From a virus, in IMG/VR virus record IMGVR_UViG_3300037827_000189: DNA of 37,876 nucleotides. One strand, written 5' to 3'. The position numbers and the translations under genes were made by a program. Positions 24,237 through 34,019 of this stretch are shown piece by piece (within the stretch, counting starts at the first letter, position 1; each line of letters starts with the position of its first letter). Under the pieces are notes generated by a model. It was not told where the DNA came from. It made no database searches and worked only from the letters and a program-made list of their open reading frames with translations.

Positions 24237-24902
24237 ATGAGCTGGCTATCAAGTTTTTTACATCCAGAAGAGAGCTATGACAAAGCACAAAAAGAGCTTG
24301 ATAAATACTACCAGCAAGCTCAAGGAAACTTAACGCCTTATAATCAAAATGGTCTTCAAACCTATGGTAAATATTCTGGAGCCATGGACAAGCTTTTAAA
24401 TCCTATGTCTTTGCAAGACGAATGGTCAAAAGGTTATAAAGAAAGTGACTTAGCCAAGCAAAATGAAGCAACGGCCTCTCAAAGCGGGCTTAATGCGGCG
24501 CAACAAATGGGTTTAATGGGTTCACAACCGGCTATGAATGCTATTCAGTCAGGTACATCAGGAATTGTAGCGCGTGATCGCCAACAGTATTTAGATGATT
24601 TGATGCAAAAATATATGGCTGGAATCGGTATAGGGTCTGATATCTATGGAAAAGGGGCTAGTGCTGCTAACTCGATGAGCCAAAACGCCATGAATATGGG
24701 TCAAAATTCTGCTCAAATGCAATTTAATAAAAACAATGCTCAAGGCGATATGTTTGGTAAACTCTTAGGTAGTGGCGTTGGTCTAGTTGGAAGTGCACTC
24801 GGTGGGCCAATTGGTGGATCGCTTGCGGCTGGACTTTCACAAAAAATGGGATGGTCGCCAAAGGGAACTTATAACCCTTCTCCAACTTATGGGAGTAGAT
24901 AA
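24237..24902 (+). CDS. Gly/Gln/Met/Ser-rich protein, internal-virion-protein position
   Basis: ORF track, with AAGGAGA upstream. It is compositionally biased with a Gly-rich hydrophobic C-terminus. Confidence 0.65.
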   Translation: MSWLSSFLHPEESYDKAQKELDKYYQQAQGNLTPYNQNGLQTYGKYSGAMDKLLNPMSLQDEWSKGYKESDLAKQNEATASQSGLNAAQQMGLMGSQPAMNAIQSGTSGIVARDRQQYLDDLMQKYMAGIGIGSDIYGKGASAANSMSQNAMNMGQNSAQMQFNKNNAQGDMFGKLLGSGVGLVGSALGGPIGGSLAAGLSQKMGWSPKGTYNPSPTYGSR

Positions 24903-26131
24903 TGGCCTTAAATATTCCTAACACGGATTTACCAGGTGCAAGTTTTCTAAAGGGTATAGATACAGGCTCTACAATGTTTTCGCGCCTGATGCATCCCGTT
25001 TTAGAACGAGAAAAACAAAAACAACAAGCGGAACAGTTTGCGCAAGAACTCGCCTTGAAAAAACAACAAGAAGCACGAATGGGTGCTAATTCAGGTTTAA
25101 ATCGCCAAATACTTGAACAAAATCTATTGAAGCTTAAGCATTCTAATGATCCACATTGGGCTATGCAACAATTACAGGAAAAGCTTGATTACATCCAGAA
25201 TTTGGGAAAACAAGGACAACAAGGTGGAGCTGCTCAAGGTGGCAAAAACATGGGTCAAGAGCAACAACCGCCTGTAAACTTCATGGATATGATTAACCAA
25301 GGTCAAGAGCAAGAAATGCCTCAAGGCCAAGGGGCAATGATGCCTCAAGAAGAGCCTCAACAACAAGAAGTGATGCCAGAGCAAATGCAAGGCCAAGAGC
25401 AAATGCAACCTGGCCAACAAGGTCAAGCCAGTAATCAATTGCCTGGTGGCATTGATATGGATGAAATTAAGAGGGCTTTAACCTATCAGGCTTTAGGATT
25501 AAAAGTACCTACGAACGGCATATATAAAGAACCTCCTCAAATAAAAAGAATGAATGATTTGCGCTCTAAAATGGAAGAAGCAAAATATAAGCATGAATTG
25601 AAGCTTGCAGAAGAGCAGCAAAAAATAGATTTAAAAAATGAAGCTACACGCTCAAAAACAATTGAGTCTGCAAAAAATGATATTCCTCATTTGAAGGATA
25701 CATTACGCTCTTTAAAAGTAATGAAGAAGATTGCTGATGATCCAAAAAACTCAGATATGTTTGGTCACTGGTGGTTAGGACATGATAAAGCAGCTCAACG
25801 CATGAAAAATCCAAATGCTGGTGCCTGGCAAGTACACGGTCTTGCGCCTATTGTTGATGCCGAAATGAAAATGTCTTCAAAGGGAAACATTGTTGCTTTA
25901 AAAAGTGCACAGGCTAACAAACCAAATTTTGCCGAAGACCAATCAGTTGCTCAGAGTAAGCTTAAAGCACAAATCGACCAAATCGAAAGACGCATTAAAG
26001 ATACGGAAAAAATAGCAAATCAAGGTGGTGGTAGCTCAGCAATGGTTGTTGTTATCGATCCGAATGGGCAAAGATTCGAAACCACCAAAGAAAATGCCGA
26101 CCATTTACCCCAAGGGTGGAAACATGGCTAA
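24902..26131 (+). CDS. Gln-rich internal-virion-like protein (409 aa)
   Basis: ORF track. It has a long Q/E/M/P low-complexity core. Confidence 0.65.
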   Translation: MALNIPNTDLPGASFLKGIDTGSTMFSRLMHPVLEREKQKQQAEQFAQELALKKQQEARMGANSGLNRQILEQNLLKLKHSNDPHWAMQQLQEKLDYIQNLGKQGQQGGAAQGGKNMGQEQQPPVNFMDMINQGQEQEMPQGQGAMMPQEEPQQQEVMPEQMQGQEQMQPGQQGQASNQLPGGIDMDEIKRALTYQALGLKVPTNGIYKEPPQIKRMNDLRSKMEEAKYKHELKLAEEQQKIDLKNEATRSKTIESAKNDIPHLKDTLRSLKVMKKIADDPKNSDMFGHWWLGHDKAAQRMKNPNAGAWQVHGLAPIVDAEMKMSSKGNIVALKSAQANKPNFAEDQSVAQSKLKAQIDQIERRIKDTEKIANQGGGSSAMVVVIDPNGQRFETTKENADHLPQGWKHG

Positions 26132-28304
26132 ATCAAAATTTGATATGTCATTGCTCAAACCTGTTAAATCGGGATGGGATGAATCAAAATTAAAACCTTT
26201 AGAAGCCGAAGAAGAGGAAGAAATTCCTTATACTCCTGCTCCTGAACGTAAAGGATTAAGCGGTATTTGGGAAGATATTAAAGACATTCCTGGAAAAGTA
26301 CTCGATTACGGAATGAATTTACCTGGTAAAGCTATTGAATCTTGGAAACAAATAGGAACTGAGCCAGGTCGCGCGTTAAAGAATCTAATTGCTGGAGTTG
26401 GTGAAACAGCCGAAGCTCCTATCAATTTACTGGGTGCAATTGGGCCATATTTAAAAGAAAGAGGAATTACTGAGAAAATCCCTGGGTTTCAAGTGCCAGA
26501 TACAGGTATCGAAAACGCTATGGGTCTTGGGGAGCAAAAACCAGGTGATGAACTCATTCGTCAAATGTTTATGTTTGCTGGAGTTCCTAAAGTACTCGGT
26601 AAACTACCTGGCGTTAAAACTGCCGGAAAACGTATTTCTGCAATGAGTGAACATGCTCCTTTAACCAAAAAAGTTGAAGAGTTGGAAGGGAAACATGAAG
26701 CTGCTCATACGGAACATGGTGCTGCTACTGATGAATATAATGCGCTTAAAAACTATCTCGAGAGTCAACCAGGATTTGAGTCTAGCAATCCTCATGCTTT
26801 AGAAAGAAAAGCGACCGAAGCCGATCAGAAGCTATCAAAACTGAAACAAGAACAAGAAGCAATTCCTGAGCATTTACGTGCAACCGAAGAACCCATTGCG
26901 CCTGAAAAAACTCCATTATCGCTTGTAGAGCCTGTACGAGCGGGTGAAAAACCAGAAATAAGTGAAGAACCAATCAAGAACGCTGAAAGCTTACTGAAGA
27001 CCAATCAGCAAAAAGCAGCCGAACATGAAGCGGCTATTTCCCAGCATTTGGGAGAAGGAAATGCGCATAGAAAACGAGTTGCTCAGAAATTAAATCCTAT
27101 TCTTGAAGCGCGTCAAGCTGAAATAGGCAAAGGATATGACGAATACATTAATGGTTTGAAAGGAAAAGAAGTTACTTTATCTAATCCCCGAGATGCAAAA
27201 TTAATTATTTCCGACATTCAAAAGAAATTGCAACAAGGTGACACGTCTTCAAAAGAAATGCTTAAGCTTACCGATGAATTAGCAAATGTTGGAAAAGGCG
27301 AAACAATGCCCGCTGATAAGTTTGTTTCTGCTTATCGAAGTTTGAAAGGTATGGCCCAAAAGACTCGTTCTAGTGCTTACGGTAAACCTCCTCAAGAATT
27401 TGATAGGCTTATCGAAGCTGCTGATTCTATGGATGCTGATGTTGGTAAAATGGCAAAAATTATTGATAGTGGTTTAGGCGAAGAAAATCTTGAGCAATTG
27501 CATGGTTTAAACCATAGATATGCTACCGAAGTCGCACCTTTATTTAAAAACAAATTCTTTCAGCATATGCAAGCTAATAACAAAGCACCTACCAATATGA
27601 TAGAGCAGCTTACTAATGAGCCTTATGTAAAATCTACGAACCCCAATAAAATAACAGGTACGCAGATATTAAATGAAATAATCAAAGGTGATCCCGAATT
27701 ATTGCAAAACGTTGTTGGAGAACGTTTCGCCCATAAGCCGGAATCTTTGCACCAATGGGATGAAGCAGCGCATAGTTTTATTAAAGAAATGCCAGAACTT
27801 CAAAAATTACGTCAAAATCATTTTGAAGCCAAACAAAATGAGGCTCAATCTAAACTTGATTTAGAGCGAACTAAGCATGAACATCAAATGCAACGAGAAG
27901 AGGCTGATAAGGCTCACCGCGAAGAAACCGTAAAAGCCGCTGAACAGACTCGCGCAAAGAAAGCCGAAACTCATAAAGAGAATCAAACCAAACAAAAAGA
28001 ACATGAAGTTAAAAACAAGCATTATAAAATGCAGCAAGAAATTAATGGGCTTGAAGAAAAATCAGTGAAGCTTAAAGACAGTGCGAAAAAGCTTCATGAA
28101 AAAGCTAATCGTAAAAATTTATCGCTTAAGCAGAAAATGGACGTCGAGCATGAATTGAAACAAACTAAAGAGAAACTAGCAAAGATTGAGAAGGATATAA
28201 AAATTAAACATAGATTATATAAAATCGCTATAGGCGGTGCTGCGGGAGGGGCTTTAGGTCTTCCTCTGTATGGAAAAACTAAAACATTGATAACGGGGAA
28301 TTAA
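26124..28304 (+). CDS. Large coiled-coil internal virion / ejection-like protein (726 aa)
   Basis: The ATG at 26124 follows GGTGGA. It has extensive Lys/Glu coiled-coil sequence and a Gly-rich hydrophobic C-terminus. Confidence 0.65.
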   Translation: MAKSKFDMSLLKPVKSGWDESKLKPLEAEEEEEIPYTPAPERKGLSGIWEDIKDIPGKVLDYGMNLPGKAIESWKQIGTEPGRALKNLIAGVGETAEAPINLLGAIGPYLKERGITEKIPGFQVPDTGIENAMGLGEQKPGDELIRQMFMFAGVPKVLGKLPGVKTAGKRISAMSEHAPLTKKVEELEGKHEAAHTEHGAATDEYNALKNYLESQPGFESSNPHALERKATEADQKLSKLKQEQEAIPEHLRATEEPIAPEKTPLSLVEPVRAGEKPEISEEPIKNAESLLKTNQQKAAEHEAAISQHLGEGNAHRKRVAQKLNPILEARQAEIGKGYDEYINGLKGKEVTLSNPRDAKLIISDIQKKLQQGDTSSKEMLKLTDELANVGKGETMPADKFVSAYRSLKGMAQKTRSSAYGKPPQEFDRLIEAADSMDADVGKMAKIIDSGLGEENLEQLHGLNHRYATEVAPLFKNKFFQHMQANNKAPTNMIEQLTNEPYVKSTNPNKITGTQILNEIIKGDPELLQNVVGERFAHKPESLHQWDEAAHSFIKEMPELQKLRQNHFEAKQNEAQSKLDLERTKHEHQMQREEADKAHREETVKAAEQTRAKKAETHKENQTKQKEHEVKNKHYKMQQEINGLEEKSVKLKDSAKKLHEKANRKNLSLKQKMDVEHELKQTKEKLAKIEKDIKIKHRLYKIAIGGAAGGALGLPLYGKTKTLITGN

Positions 28305-28381
28305 TCTAATAATTTCCACATACAATAAGCACAAAATATTCCAAAGCATATAGCAAAGACTAAAGCGTCATCAATAATCAT
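28301..28381 (-). CDS. Hydrophobic 26-aa peptide
   Basis: Hand-translated (MIIDDALVFAICFGIFCAYCMWKLLD). AGAGG lies 6 nt upstream, and the ORF sits 11 nt downstream of the 75-aa ORF. Confidence 0.35.
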   Translation of the reverse strand: MIIDDALVFAICFGIFCAYCMWKLLD

Positions 28382-28392
28382 GGTAAACCTCT

Positions 28393-28620
28393 TTAATGAA
28401 CAAGTTTAATAAGAACAGCAATAAATGCACTGCCCAGTAAAATATAAAGACCGCTAATTAGGCCAAGAGTCCATTTATTATTAGAGTCAACTTTTGAATC
28501 TAATTGGTCAAATCGTTTTTCGAAACGAACGAGTGTATCATTGATATTATTGATGGATTGCTCAAGAAGAGCCAATCTAACATCATCACTATAGGAGTCT
28601 TTGATTCTCTGAGTAGACAT
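28393..28620 (-). CDS. Tail-anchored small membrane protein (75 aa)
   Basis: ORF track. It has an N-terminal coiled-coil-like region and one C-terminal TM helix (LGLISGLYILLGSAFIAVLIKLV). It is antisense to the late operon. Confidence 0.65.
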   Translation of the reverse strand: MSTQRIKDSYSDDVRLALLEQSINNINDTLVRFEKRFDQLDSKVDSNNKWTLGLISGLYILLGSAFIAVLIKLVH

Positions 28621-28686
28621 ATTGTTATCCAGTTTTATTTAAGTATAAAGAAAGGTTGGCCAAAAAACAAGCATTATAAGGATATA

Positions 28687-30312
28687 ATGATGACAATGGT
28701 TCGAGGGAGTAACCCAATATGGTTTGAAGTTGACTTAACCGCACATGCGTTTGATGATACTTTTTACTTATTTATCCTAGATAATGAAATTCCTTATGCC
28801 CCATCAACTGTATGGCAAGACCCGTTTGGCAATGTGGAATGGACTGATCCAATAAGGTTTTTAGCAAATGGAACACTTCCAAATAATATTTATTACGATC
28901 CTGATACTGTCTATCGATTGGAATTTAGACAAGGGCCGACTCAACAAGATCCACTTATATATTTGGTTGAGAATTACGTGCCTGGTTCTAGCGGTGATAC
29001 TCCTATTACTGAAACTTCTTTTTCCACGGATAATCAAATAAGTAATCCACAATTTTCAATACTCAATTTTGTGTCTCCTTTAGTATTAACAAATATCAGT
29101 ACCCAAGTAATTAAAGTTGCCCCGAATTGGTTCTTACACCTAACAGGTTCGGGAAATGTCACTTTAACGCAAGTATTGTTGAATAGCACTGCACCAACGA
29201 ATGAAACTAATGCTTCTTATGCATTGGAAATTCAGTTAAGTGGAAGCTGGACAAACGCCTATCTTAGCCAAAGATTTAATGCAAATGGTGTGCTTTGGTC
29301 AAATACGTTTGTGTCCTCTGTTATTCAAGCATTAGCAAGCCCTGCGCCTCAATCTATTTCGGCCACTCTTGTAGATTCACAAGGAAATACCTTAACTTCT
29401 GTATTACCTACAACTTCATTAAGTACAAATTTTGTTGCATATCCTGGACTTGGACAAATCTCAGCTTCAATTAACACCGATTTTCCTCCTACAGCCTATA
29501 TTGAATATCAATTATTGCTTCCAAATAACTGCGATATCACTTTGACGAGTGTTCAATTAATTTCAGGCGATACAAATGTCGCTTTTCCTTATGAACAAAT
29601 AACAGTTGAGCGTCAAATCGATCATATGTATCACAATGCTTATCCAGTAGTTCCTATTGGAGCGGTTATTGACTTTGCGGGCTATATCAATCCAATTCAT
29701 TTTTTCTTATGTGATGGATCTGCATATAGTAGAATTACAAATCAAATATTATTGCGCTCGATTGTTCAAGATCAGTCGGTATCTTTAGTCAGCGGAAGTA
29801 ATACTTTTTCCTTAAGTGTTGCCTCGACTCTCTATATTGGTATTCCTTTAGAAGGACCTGGAATACCAGCAAGTACAGTGGTCACTAATATTTCAGGAAC
29901 AACGGTTACAATTTCAAATAATGCCACGGTCACTGGAGTAGTAGTAGTTACATTCTTCCCATGGGGTAATGGTGATGGTTCCACAACCTTTAATGTTCCA
30001 AATTTACAGGGCTACACCACGGCTGGCGCGAATGGATCAATATTCCCTACAAATGGCGTGGGTTTTAAAGGTGGTGCCAATACTGGTGCTTTAGTCGCTG
30101 CAAACCTTCCAGCGCACACACATAAAACAACTGTTCCGGTACAAGGAGTTGTCGGTGGATTTGGTTATGCTGCGGGTACAGCTACTACAACACAAACCTT
30201 TACATCAGATGGGGGGCAATCATTGGCAAACGTACCATTAACTACCCCTCCAACACCATTTTCATTAGTGCAGCAAACTGCTTTAATGCGTAAATTTATT
30301 CGTTATGAATAA
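28687..30312 (+). CDS. Tail fibre protein with a C-terminal phage tail-collar domain
   Basis: FNVPNLQGYTTAG......LPAHTH matches the tail-collar domain pattern. The ATG at 28687 follows AAGGA. The longer track ORF would overlap the antisense gene. Confidence 0.8.
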   Translation: MMTMVRGSNPIWFEVDLTAHAFDDTFYLFILDNEIPYAPSTVWQDPFGNVEWTDPIRFLANGTLPNNIYYDPDTVYRLEFRQGPTQQDPLIYLVENYVPGSSGDTPITETSFSTDNQISNPQFSILNFVSPLVLTNISTQVIKVAPNWFLHLTGSGNVTLTQVLLNSTAPTNETNASYALEIQLSGSWTNAYLSQRFNANGVLWSNTFVSSVIQALASPAPQSISATLVDSQGNTLTSVLPTTSLSTNFVAYPGLGQISASINTDFPPTAYIEYQLLLPNNCDITLTSVQLISGDTNVAFPYEQITVERQIDHMYHNAYPVVPIGAVIDFAGYINPIHFFLCDGSAYSRITNQILLRSIVQDQSVSLVSGSNTFSLSVASTLYIGIPLEGPGIPASTVVTNISGTTVTISNNATVTGVVVVTFFPWGNGDGSTTFNVPNLQGYTTAGANGSIFPTNGVGFKGGANTGALVAANLPAHTHKTTVPVQGVVGGFGYAAGTATTTQTFTSDGGQSLANVPLTTPPTPFSLVQQTALMRKFIRYE

Positions 30313-30329
30313 CCAAGAGGATTAAGACA

Positions 30330-30668
30330 ATGACGATTCAATACAATGCTAATTACATCGAAACGATGCCTTTTAGTGATACTGCTTTTCAAGTGGCTTG
30401 TACGGTAAATTCTGCGCAAACAGTGACTATACCAGGCTCAGATACAATGCAGTATCAGGCTTATTTCAAATATGCATCAAATTCAAATGTATTTGTCGGT
30501 AAGAATGCCGTGCCAGTCATTCCGGCTGGAGGTAGTGTTGGTACTCAGCCTTACAATGAATTCAAACCCAAAAAGCGATATGTACGGGGTGGTGACGTGT
30601 TACACTTAATTACACCCGATGCTACAGCTTATATCGGAGTTTCATTAAGACAATTACAAGGTAGTTAA
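30330..30668 (+). CDS. Hypothetical protein (112 aa), possibly a fibre accessory or assembly protein
   Basis: ORF track; it lies between two fibre genes. Confidence 0.6.
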   Translation: MTIQYNANYIETMPFSDTAFQVACTVNSAQTVTIPGSDTMQYQAYFKYASNSNVFVGKNAVPVIPAGGSVGTQPYNEFKPKKRYVRGGDVLHLITPDATAYIGVSLRQLQGS

Positions 30669-30691
30669 ATAACTAATCACAAGGATTCGTG

Positions 30692-32752
30692 ATGGTAGAT
30701 ACTATTAAGTTTAGTGAGATGACGGCTGGCGGGGATATCGCCAATAATAATAAAGTGCCAGGATTACTTAGTGGCGATAACGTCCTATTTAATAATCCAT
30801 GGACTTTTTTGCCTCCTGGAACAACAGCGGAACGACCTACACCTTCATCAGCTATTAATTATCGGTTGCGTTTTAATACGGATGATCAGCTTTATGAGTA
30901 TTATGATGCCGTTCTTAGTCAATGGATAACGCTGCAAGAAAGCGGGTTTACTGTTGGCCCTTACATAACTTATACGGCTGATGCATCCTTACCTGATGCG
31001 CAAAACCTAGGTTTATTGGCTAACGGGATATTAAAGCAAACTGTTTCTGCTGGTATTGCCACATTAAATATCGCCGTAAATGGAACGGATTATTATGGCC
31101 CTGGATTTACTGGAAGCATAAATGCGCCCTCTGGAATTACTGACTTAATTGGTAATGCCGTAGTTGGATTCGTTTATACTCCAAGCTCAGTCAATTATCT
31201 GACCTTAACCAACTCCGCTACTACTTTTGCTCCTGCTTTGGCCGCTGTCGGTACTGATACCAATATCAGTATGAATATTAATACTCGCGGAACAGGACAA
31301 ATACTTCTCAACGCAGCCAATACAACCTCACCTTTGGTTATTAATAGCGGTACTACGTATCAACACACTACGATTTTTGCCTTTTCAAATACCTCCGCAA
31401 CTCGTACTGTAACTTTCCAGGATTCCAGTGGAACAGTAGCCTATTTATCAGACGTTGCGGGTGATGTCACTTCTGCCCAAGGAACGGCGAGCCAAGTCTC
31501 TGTAAATGGTACCACAGGTATACCGCAGACCGGGGCAATAACGATAAGTCTTCCGCAAAACATTGATGTTACGAGTGCGGTAGCTTTTGGATCATTGACC
31601 TTAGTAAGCCCGATGCTTCCGGCCAGTGGTGGCCTTGGCACTAGCACAGCACCAACTGCTGGGCAAATTCCTATTGGAACCAGTGGAGGAGTTTATACCC
31701 CTGCTGCTATTGCCTCTGGAACCAATATTTTAGTGGGAAATGCTTCGGGTATGATAACTATTGGTATCACTGGGGTAATATCACCCGCTAATGGTGGTAC
31801 AGGCGTTAATAATGGTTCAAGCACGCTTACTTTAGGTGGAAGTCACACTTTATCAGGGGCGTTTGCTTCTACATTCACCTTTACCAATACGACATCCGTG
31901 ACCTTTCCCACTTCTGGAACTTTGGCTACTACAAGTCAAATCCCAAGTTTTCCACTGTCATTGGCTAATGGGGGAACCGCTGCAAGCTTAACCGCTTCAA
32001 ACGGTGGGATTGTCTACAGTAATGCATCCACTTTAGCGATTTTAGCAGGAACGGCAACCGCTACGCAGATGCTTCAATCTGGTCTAAGTAGTAGCCCTGC
32101 ATGGTCAACAACAACCTGGCCAGCAACCAGCACCATAAATCAGCTTCTCTATAGCTCTGCTGCAAATACAATTACTGGTTTGGCAACTGCGAATAGCTCA
32201 GTCTTAATCACAAGTGCAGGTGGTGTACCTTCATTTAGCACTACTTTACCCAGTGGGCTTGCTGCTACGAATATGAACTTAACCACGCCTACTCTTGGTG
32301 TGGCAACGGCTACAAGTATCAATTTTGGTGGTTCAACATTATCAACCTATACAGCTAATGGTACATTTACTCCGGTTGTTACCTTTGCCACACCTGGAAA
32401 CTTATCGGTAGTTTATTCAGTACAAACCGGATTTTATTCTCGAATAGGAAATATTGTCACTGCATTTATAAGTTTATCATTTACTCCTACATTCACCACG
32501 GCATCTGGTTCTTTTCAAATAACAGGATTGCCATTTACTATAAATGCTTCAATAACTCCATATGGTGCTGTTTCTATTGTAGGTTCTGGCGTACCAGCTG
32601 GAACTACAAATAATGTTATTCAAGGATCACCTGGTTCTACTTCCGCTTCTATAGTTGCTGCTGGTGTGGCCGCTCAGTCATTATGGACAACTACTCAGTT
32701 CACTACCGGAGTAGCAGCTATTTGTAATGCAACTTTGGTTTATTTAGTATAA
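30692..32752 (+). CDS. Tail fibre / spike protein
   Basis: GILKQTVSAGIATLNIAVNGTDY and repeated (A/L)(N/S)GG(T/L)G motifs are typical of phage fibres. The protein is rich in Thr, Ser, Gly and Ala. Confidence 0.75.
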   Translation: MVDTIKFSEMTAGGDIANNNKVPGLLSGDNVLFNNPWTFLPPGTTAERPTPSSAINYRLRFNTDDQLYEYYDAVLSQWITLQESGFTVGPYITYTADASLPDAQNLGLLANGILKQTVSAGIATLNIAVNGTDYYGPGFTGSINAPSGITDLIGNAVVGFVYTPSSVNYLTLTNSATTFAPALAAVGTDTNISMNINTRGTGQILLNAANTTSPLVINSGTTYQHTTIFAFSNTSATRTVTFQDSSGTVAYLSDVAGDVTSAQGTASQVSVNGTTGIPQTGAITISLPQNIDVTSAVAFGSLTLVSPMLPASGGLGTSTAPTAGQIPIGTSGGVYTPAAIASGTNILVGNASGMITIGITGVISPANGGTGVNNGSSTLTLGGSHTLSGAFASTFTFTNTTSVTFPTSGTLATTSQIPSFPLSLANGGTAASLTASNGGIVYSNASTLAILAGTATATQMLQSGLSSSPAWSTTTWPATSTINQLLYSSAANTITGLATANSSVLITSAGGVPSFSTTLPSGLAATNMNLTTPTLGVATATSINFGGSTLSTYTANGTFTPVVTFATPGNLSVVYSVQTGFYSRIGNIVTAFISLSFTPTFTTASGSFQITGLPFTINASITPYGAVSIVGSGVPAGTTNNVIQGSPGSTSASIVAAGVAAQSLWTTTQFTTGVAAICNATLVYLV

Positions 32753-32813
32753 TTTTTTTTAATTGTAAATATTATGATAAAGTGATTATTGATTTTTAAT
32801 TATATGGAGATAC

Positions 32814-33041
32814 ATGATGTCAGAAGAGAAACAAGAAGTTCCCGTATTAAGTATGTTGGAACAATTGAGACAACAACATGCAAATTTCGTTGCTCAAAGA
32901 GATTTTGCACAGAATAACCTTAATCAATTAGTTGGTGCAATATTTGCATGCGATCTAATGATTAAAAAATTCGAAGACGAAGAAGTTAAAAAGGGATTGC
33001 CTAAAGAAGATGAAAAAGAAGAATTATCCGATGCCGCATAA
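32814..33041 (+). CDS. Hypothetical coiled-coil protein (75 aa)
   Basis: ORF track, with GGAGA upstream. Confidence 0.6.
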   Translation: MMSEEKQEVPVLSMLEQLRQQHANFVAQRDFAQNNLNQLVGAIFACDLMIKKFEDEEVKKGLPKEDEKEELSDAA

Positions 33042-33051
33042 ATCCGGCATG

Positions 33052-33060
33052 TGATATAAT
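33052..33060 (+). promoter_or_regulatory. Extended -10 element TGATATAAT upstream of the Endo VII-type HNH gene
   Basis: Read directly. The same 9-mer precedes the second HNH gene on the minus strand. Confidence 0.4.
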
Positions 33061-33082
33061 GCCCCTTTAATTAGGGGTAAAA

Positions 33083-33562
33083 ATGTCAAACTATGAAAAA
33101 GTAAAAGAATGGCGTAAGAACAATCCTGAAAAAGTTTTGGAACAAGCTAGGCGGTATAGAAAGAAACATCCTGAAACCAATAAAAAGGCAAAGGAAAAAT
33201 ACCGTGAAAATAATCTGGATTTGATACGTGAAAGCGACAAATTAAGACAGGCTCAACGCAGGAAAAATGATCCAGAGGCTCAAAAAATCAGGAACGAGCA
33301 TTTTAAGATTAGAAAAGAAGCTAAGATGTGGGGAATAGCAGGGCGCCCACGGGCTGATAAATGCGATATATGCCACAAAGATGAAATGACCGTTTTCGAT
33401 CATTGTCATGCTAAAGGTCATTTTCGGGGATGGATTTGTGATAGATGTAACAAAACCTTGGGATTGGTTTATGATGATATTGATTTGCTTAAAAAGTTAA
33501 TATCTTATTTGGAGGCAAAGGATGGCAAAACTATCAACGAAACAAAGGAATGCTTTACCTAA
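33083..33562 (+). CDS. HNH endonuclease, recombination endonuclease VII family
   Basis: CDICH...VFDHCHAKGHFRGWICDRCNKTLG matches the Endonuclease_7 signature. Confidence 0.85.
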   Translation: MSNYEKVKEWRKNNPEKVLEQARRYRKKHPETNKKAKEKYRENNLDLIRESDKLRQAQRRKNDPEAQKIRNEHFKIRKEAKMWGIAGRPRADKCDICHKDEMTVFDHCHAKGHFRGWICDRCNKTLGLVYDDIDLLKKLISYLEAKDGKTINETKECFT

Positions 33563-33743
33563 AAGCGATTTTGCTGGGCCAGACCGGTCTTATCCGGTAA
33601 ATGACAAAGCCCACGCCAGAAATGCCAAAAGTCGTGCGTCAGAAATGGAACATAAAGGGAAGCTTTCACCGGCTTCCAAATCCAAAATTGATGCAAAGGC
33701 TAATCGAATATTAGATAGCGGTAAAAGAGGAGGCAAAGGATGA
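33522..33743 (+). CDS. Hypothetical basic protein (73 aa)
   Basis: ORF track, with GGAGG upstream. It contains the LPKSDFAGPDRSYPVNDKAHARNA segment. Confidence 0.6.
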   Translation: MAKLSTKQRNALPKSDFAGPDRSYPVNDKAHARNAKSRASEMEHKGKLSPASKSKIDAKANRILDSGKRGGKG

Positions 33744-34009
33744 ATATTCTTTTAAGCGCATTAATTAATCATTTCCTTAGCGTTGCTGAGCAAGAGCTTA
33801 TCAAAGATGAACCGGAAATTGTTCAAGCCATTGAGAATGAGCTAAAACTTTTAATCTCTAAAATTGAAAATTTACTTTCAACAAAATCACCCAGTGTGGC
33901 AGCCATTGTTAATCCTGTATTAACAAGTGCTGAAACGGTGGCTGATAGCGCATTAAGTGCTGCGGGAAAAGCTGCTGTTGGTATTCAAACTCCACAATCC
34001 ACAAATTAA
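33740..34009 (+). CDS. Hypothetical protein (89 aa)
   Basis: ORF track with an ATGA overlap. Confidence 0.6.
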   Translation: MNILLSALINHFLSVAEQELIKDEPEIVQAIENELKLLISKIENLLSTKSPSVAAIVNPVLTSAETVADSALSAAGKAAVGIQTPQSTN

Positions 34010-34019
34010 GGATAATAAA

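Noticed and set aside
25172-25438. An 88-aa minus-strand ORF (Leu/His-rich) inside the Gln-rich protein gene.
   Set aside because: It is the antisense reading of CAA/CAG-rich low-complexity coding sequence, which is a typical shadow ORF.
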